DNA from: an uncultured Candidatus Saccharibacteria bacterium
Lineage (GTDB): Bacteria > Patescibacteriota > Dojkabacteria > J137
Assembly: GCA_964437465.1 (NCBI GenBank)
Contig: CAYTGI010000003.1
Span: forward strand, 5,731 to 69,730
Direction of reading: 5' to 3'
DNA: 64,000 bases
Part shown: piece by piece, positions 60,401 through 64,000 of the stretch
How positions within the stretch are numbered: position 1 is the first letter of the stretch
Layout: every line of letters starts with the position of its first letter
The notes under the pieces: model-generated
Databases searched by the model: none
What the model was told of the DNA's origin: nothing
The model's input: the letters and a program-made list of their open reading frames with translations, nothing else
Program-made: the position numbers and the translations under genes

Positions 60401-63400
60401 AGTCAATGGTTTTGTCAACTAAAGGTGTTAAAGTAGTCACTTCTGCAGTATCAAACCTTGGTTCAACCATGTGGTTATCACCATTTTCAACTCCTGCATA
60501 GTTAAAAATATCAGCAGTGTTAGTAATAACCTCTTCTGGTTCTACTGATGTGGTTAACTCAAGATCATATGTAATAACTGCTATATTTCCGCCACTAGTT
60601 GAAGAGAAAGAGTCAAGAGATCCTTGTGTAGGGCTTGGGTTCGTTAGCACAATTCCATCTTCAAATATAGGATTGACATCTGTACCATCAATAGGAGTGT
60701 TCGCCAAAGAGTTTCCAGCTCCATCTGTTATACATAAATTTAACCCAGATCCAGGAATTTGAAATCCAGCTTCAAGTGTGTCTTTGAATTGAACATCAAA
60801 AGCACCGTTTACTCCACTTCCTTCATTTTCTAAAACAATAGCAAAGGTTACAATATCACCTGCATCTAAATCAGAAATATCACTATTTATTTCAGTTGTA
60901 TCTAATGCATTAGAAGAAACTGTACCTGTAAACCTCTGACATCCACCACCTGGAGCTGAAAAACTAACAGGAGAAAAAGGATCAGGATCATAAACTGGGC
61001 TTTCTCCATTTGTTGCTACAACTCCTTTTGTTATTTGTATGTCAGGTTGAGTTAGCTCAAATTGAATTATTGAGTCTGCTACTTCAGAACTTAAGTTAGT
61101 AGAACCTTCATTACTTCTTATCTGATTAGTTAAAAATAAGCCATCAGCAAAAGGATCATCAGCAGCGTTAATAGTAAATAGAAGATCGATCTGACTACTT
61201 TGTGTACTTGGATCATCAAAATCTCCATAATCTATTGTAAGTTGGTTAGCTGAAGTTGTTGTAGATAATGTCGGAACAAGCCCAGGAGAACCTAGGACTC
61301 CTACAGTTATGTCGTAGAGTGTGTCTGTTGGTCCAAATTTAACTACACCAGCTGCTGGAGGGGAGGATGTGTAACCTCCGTCTGTCGGACTAGTACTATC
61401 GAAAGTCCATGCTGGCCCAATTACTTCATCAGCATCTGGATCATCTACTTGGAAAACAGGTAGTGGGAAAAAATCGTCAAATGATACTTCTTCAAAGTCA
61501 GAAGTTGGTAATGTAAATTCTACTCTAAAAGTTATTGAATCTCCAGGAGCTACTTGAACAGGAGGAGTGAAAGATGTATTTCCGTTAATAGCATAAATTG
61601 TTTTTGATATTGATCCTCTCTCAATTCCAACAGAAGCACTACTCTCATCGGCTTCCGTAGAGCCTGTAGGGGAAAATGAACTATTATCTAAGACTGATCC
61701 CTCAATACTCACATCATTTGTTAACGTATCTCCTTGGTCAACACTTGGATCTCCTGAAGGAAAATCATCAGAAAATGATTCTTGAATAATTGTTCGATAT
61801 GTAACCGTCCCTGTTGTAGCCCCGTCATTAAAGCTATCACAATCTGGGGTTACAGTCCCTGTTTGTTCAATACATCCTCCAAGTACATTAGCATCTAAAG
61901 CTCTAGTTACCAACTCGTCAGAGATATTAAAAATAATTGTGGTAGTTCCATCATTAGGAGCGGGATCAGCTGGAGTATAGTTTGACAAAACTTCGTAATT
62001 TGCTAAATCAAAATTGCCACTGCTAGTTGATCCGTGCTCAGTTAAAGATAGAGTAGGTGTAAATGTATCGTCAAATCTTTGTCCATCAGAAATAACGTCT
62101 GTGGAGACTATATCAGTAAAACTGAAAAAATCGGAAATTTGGAAGCTATATGTATATTCCAAAACATCTCCTGGAGAATTCCCAGGTGAATTATTATCTT
62201 GAAAAACGGAAACTGATTTTTGAATTGCAATAGATTTGTCTGTAAGAGTGTGATCATTACTTGTTATGTCTGAAGATACGGGTGTTGGTAAATCTCTTGT
62301 ATCTATTGGGTCCCAGGTTCCTTCAGCTGCTGCATCATTTACAGAAGTTGTATCGTTTCCAGTAGTTTCTGAAATTATTAATGAAGAATTGGCATCTTCA
62401 TAGGGTACAAAGAATGAAAATGTTACAGAAGCATCGTTACTTCCTGTACCTCCAGTAACACTTGTACATGTAATTCTAAGTTCGTTATTTGGTGGATTTT
62501 GAGCTCCTGGTGTAGATGGCTCAGTATTTGTGGAACAAGTACCAGGAGAAACACTATCTACTTGTAAATATTCAATATTATCTGGGAGATAATCAATTAG
62601 ATCAAAATCATCTATAGTTTGTCCATCAGCTATATCAGCCGTTATTGTATACTGTCTTGGGAAATTAGGTCCTGTTGCTGTTTCAGACTCTGGCCCGATG
62701 TATGATTTACTAATTGAAAATAGAGTTGGTGTTAGAGATGAGGTGCTAAAAGTCTCAGTAATACTTGGATCGGATGTTGGATTATCTAGGGGATCTTCTC
62801 CAAATTGAAATCCTCCTCTAGCTTGAACATCTAAAGCAGTTGATAAATCAGCGTTTTCACTCATAGATACATTAACAGTTACATCCGCTGTAGGTTGTAA
62901 ATCAGTAAATGATCCAAAAGGTAGTTGAAGAGTGACTAAGGTATCTCCTGCAGTTCCACATATAGATAAAGGTGTATTTGGAGCAGTAACTGCATAGGGA
63001 TGATCTACGCATCCAGTACCTAACCCATCATCTGGAAATTCTTGGACAATGCTTGTAACAGAAGATCCTAAATATGTGGCACTTACAAAACTAAGTCCAT
63101 CTGCTTCGTCTCCAGGTCCAAAAGGAAAAATACCATCAGCTCCTGTGTTAGGGAAAATTAAATCTATAAATGGACCGTATCCAGTATCTGCACCACTATT
63201 ATTAAAGCTAACATTAAAAGAAAAATCTTCTCCTAATAATGATTCAGAAGGTAAAGAAGCAGAAACACTAGGAACAGCTGCAGCTTCTGTTTGACCTGTA
63301 AAAAAAATACTTAGTGCTGAGAATGCAATCGAGCTTGACGTTATTATAGCTAATGACACTACAGAATATCTAAGTGCCTTCTTTTTTAAATTCCTAGTGT

Positions 63401-63410
63401 TGATTTTCAA
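54411..63410 (-). CDS. Giant cell-surface protein with DUF11/isopeptide-type Ig-like repeats and sortase signal
   Basis: Signal peptide; many DL.I.K...PG....Y.....N.G...D..P repeats; C-terminal LPTG + TM + basic tail. Confidence 0.9.
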   Translation of the reverse strand: MKINTRNLKKKALRYSVVSLAIITSSSIAFSALSIFFTGQTEAAAVPSVSASLPSESLLGEDFSFNVSFNNSGADTGYGPFIDLIFPNTGADGIFPFGPGDEADGLSFVSATYLGSSVTSIVQEFPDDGLGTGCVDHPYAVTAPNTPLSICGTAGDTLVTLQLPFGSFTDLQPTADVTVNVSMSENADLSTALDVQARGGFQFGEDPLDNPTSDPSITETFSTSSLTPTLFSISKSYIGPESETATGPNFPRQYTITADIADGQTIDDFDLIDYLPDNIEYLQVDSVSPGTCSTNTEPSTPGAQNPPNNELRITCTSVTGGTGSNDASVTFSFFVPYEDANSSLIISETTGNDTTSVNDAAAEGTWDPIDTRDLPTPVSSDITSNDHTLTDKSIAIQKSVSVFQDNNSPGNSPGDVLEYTYSFQISDFFSFTDIVSTDVISDGQRFDDTFTPTLSLTEHGSTSSGNFDLANYEVLSNYTPADPAPNDGTTTIIFNISDELVTRALDANVLGGCIEQTGTVTPDCDSFNDGATTGTVTYRTIIQESFSDDFPSGDPSVDQGDTLTNDVSIEGSVLDNSSFSPTGSTEADESSASVGIERGSISKTIYAINGNTSFTPPVQVAPGDSITFRVEFTLPTSDFEEVSFDDFFPLPVFQVDDPDADEVIGPAWTFDSTSPTDGGYTSSPPAAGVVKFGPTDTLYDITVGVLGSPGLVPTLSTTTSANQLTIDYGDFDDPSTQSSQIDLLFTINAADDPFADGLFLTNQIRSNEGSTNLSSEVADSIIQFELTQPDIQITKGVVATNGESPVYDPDPFSPVSFSAPGGGCQRFTGTVSSNALDTTEINSDISDLDAGDIVTFAIVLENEGSGVNGAFDVQFKDTLEAGFQIPGSGLNLCITDGAGNSLANTPIDGTDVNPIFEDGIVLTNPSPTQGSLDSFSSTSGGNIAVITYDLELTTSVEPEEVITNTADIFNYAGVENGDNHMVEPRFDTAEVTTLTPLVDKTIDSTNQAHTSGNNVAIGEIITYEVELTIPEGTLTSAIVNDALDTGLAFVSCSSIVASAGLSTSIGTFGDVCSNSTAINSGEDITFDFGTLTNSDTDNLTDETITITYDVVVLNTAANVRNQNRNNDAELSWSLGQVSDNAPNVTIREPDLQVSKSASPTSADASDTVQYSVTISHTGNSDLNAYNVSFDDVIPSDLTYTAATFNFSCSAGVITPPVLNDTGAPTLIATIDELPLGEDCTLTYDVTLDNTVFTGQTIDNDAEVEWTSLPGDITTAQSTFNTNSTERTGNTGDPGGSANDYFTEDSATINVFEPFPNKSIVSTSEAHSTNVAGTERVAIGEIVRYRLEARVAEGITPDFKFRDRLPDGMQFLNDGTSFVAFISNAATTTSTTLTPGGLGCTGGANPDLNFTGNEANVDSFTPECELPDDAISSNSTSNSDSYSSGTDIYFKFGDITNDDRDADNEYIVVEFNALVLNESGNQSGITLNNRFQGYVGISTVGSNSSNVSVIVAEPELDISKSVTTTPLDAGDTIEYQIVVTNTSTGNNALNAYDVNVLDSIDSDVILSSVTPSASGSGVVTDNSNIPGNLVDVSISFLEPGETLTIDLSGTVDNAVLVGTTIPNTADLTYTSLPGTGTTSNPTGSNIPGNSGDGDGERDGSGFLINDYNDSDSAPVTLESSTTTKSLVTTSETYTAGSEVTIGETVTYEIEVIVPEGSITSLEVVDNIPNGMQYVSGSGTVDSTGFNGTVPSPTISGGASSGNPVTFSFGAFSVPVDGNPSNNTFTIQLEADVLDVVGNDGLPPGQTDLVNNAEITVNSGTPSISNDVTTTVVEPEITITKNFNPDQAPVNDSIEVTITIENTGTSDAFEIDLEDPLPSGLTFDGNLTHDSGVAPDTLSESGGTITASWATLAVGDTSTITFDVTIDTGQSRGDVITNTATINQYSSIDGSNPNERTTNDIDAQDDLTITAPDLEITKSNGVNSVTPGSTTVYSLFIENVGDFQADNVEITDTVPDYGTFNNGSSSPGWTCLPDNSSGSTCTYSVGTLTDGANTTIDFAVDIDSNIPSGIDNFTNTADVSDDGTHGDDPTPGNNTSTDTDPLDAAPDLEITKDDGGATALPGDTVSYTLDYTNSGNQDATGVEITDNVPTGTTFNSATSTSGWACVPDNNEGSTCTFSIGDLDAGDSGSITFAVDLDTTLPSGYDEIDNTASISDDGTNGADPTPANNDDPDTTPVTAAPDLQVSKGDSNVTVPPGDPITYTIDYSNVGSQDATGVVLTDVVPDNTTFNPGSSTPGWSCVPDNNDGSTCTFSIGDLDVGDSGSVDFVVDTDAVFPGGVNDVTNNVTISDDGTNGTDENPGDNSDSEVTPVIAGPDLVVTKNDSGIDVFNGEQIVYNIFYENAGNQTSTNVILTETVPEYTTFDSGSSTPGWICAPDDTAGSTCTYSVGTLNPSDTGSALFVVTVNSSMPESVNQIDNTISISDDWASGPDLTPGNNSDDEDTPVRREIDLSIVKDDGLTIVNAGQTIIYTLSIENKGNTTANNVLIEDFTPEFTSFNSSDSTPGWSCSTTDEEPDQLCVFDYGSLGAGETDEVLFAVDVDNSLPAREDQIYNAASINYDEEYGPDFNPDDNQDTDTDDIDAKPNLGIDKEPQVEEIGYGETLLYTLNYGNGGDMDAEDAVITEYVPQNTTFNSSLSTPGWICDPNGNAGSVCAFPLGYLEVGESGDVVFAVDVRELNDSLIETIDNQVYISYKYSDEEDDDDNEDFTETPVVYSNVFDPPTGKKVFNEVGLPELEWKQVWMNDGNTEALDVILVDTIPEGTSYVDNSFTCEPRGISITTNCMYNEISEELVWEGNIGPDPGGTDEENSENEVVLTFRITIPEDMIMVQNQACGNWDDDQDGDINDEIEFNQQPVCTDDPSTEMPIDPTVWELTAEEGEQSSETDETEETFISELLPTGFNLTNLVLIVVIIGAVASCITFGDKFKKDRRQNRKYSKYKRKK

Positions 63411-63577
63411 TTCTATACAACAAAAACATCTTGTTAAAATAATATATCGAAATTAACAAGCCATAACAACTCATAGTGAGTATATAAAGTTATTTTCATA
63501 TGAAGTAATAGAAAATATAAAGATGGCAATAGTGATAAATAGTAAAATTATCAAAATTAGGGTTTTAATATAGTCCT

Positions 63578-64000
63578 TCAATTCTGCTCTATCGGATTCG
63601 CCCTTACTACCAATCTTTTTTCTGCTGTCCATAATGGTGTACAAGTATATAAAGTTAAAATATGTTCATTTGTTTGTTCTTCTATATAAACTTCATCGGG
63701 ATTTACAATAAATACGTCAGAGACCTTGTATACATATTCCTGATTTTCCCAATAAACTGCAAGATAATCTCCAGTTTTAACTTTATCTAGGTGGTAAAAA
63801 GTATTGTTTCCCGTTGTGAATTGATATCTATGAGCTATTAACACCATGTTTCCTCCGTCAATTGGATTCCCAGAAAATTGCCTATGCCAAATACCTTTAT
63901 TTAAATTATCTATATCACCTCCTAAAATTTTTGAATCTAGAAAAATACTTGGCAGTATCAAACTGTTATCTCTTTTAGTTATTTTGTTGTCATCTTCAAC
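63578..64000 (-). CDS. Sortase (partial, 5' end beyond window)
   Basis: N.VLIAHR, F..LDKV..GD, LTLYTCTP....KRLVV; frame stays open to the window edge. Confidence 0.93.
   Translation of the reverse strand, partial: VEDDNKITKRDNSLILPSIFLDSKILGGDIDNLNKGIWHRQFSGNPIDGGNMVLIAHRYQFTTGNNTFYHLDKVKTGDYLAVYWENQEYVYKVSDVFIVNPDEVYIEEQTNEHILTLYTCTPLWTAEKRLVVRANPIEQN

Noticed and set aside
54481-63294. Numerous short plus-strand ORFs
   Set aside because: Antisense shadows of the 2999-aa gene; the same applies to other short ORFs opposite long genes.

Overview
AT-rich bacterial chromosomal window read with the standard code. The gene content suggests a Patescibacteria/CPR genome, possibly Dojkabacteria-like (inference only). 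It carries housekeeping genes (secA, DEAD-box helicase, msrB, class A PBP, murG, rlmD-like, divergent secD/secF, pth, Xer-type recombinase, glyA, folD), several sensor proteins, a VirB4-like ATPase pair, a PLP/methyltransferase/ATP-grasp/NlpC operon, and a 2999-aa surface protein next to a sortase. The most striking feature is non-coding: two 'tRNA-inside-tRNA' loci. At 49735-50007 a tRNA-His is split by three hairpin insertions, and removing them rebuilds a perfect cloverleaf. One insertion contains a second, different, intact tRNA-His clamped by a long helix. At 47660-47898 a decayed tRNA-Lys likewise encloses an intact tRNA-Lys clamped by a 12-bp inverted repeat. The window also has dispersed short palindromes, a ~260-bp hairpin-rich element in two inverted copies, and a patchwork of 6-8-nt periodic repeats. 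Together these point to an active small-insertion process. All product calls come from motif recognition by eye; no searches were run.
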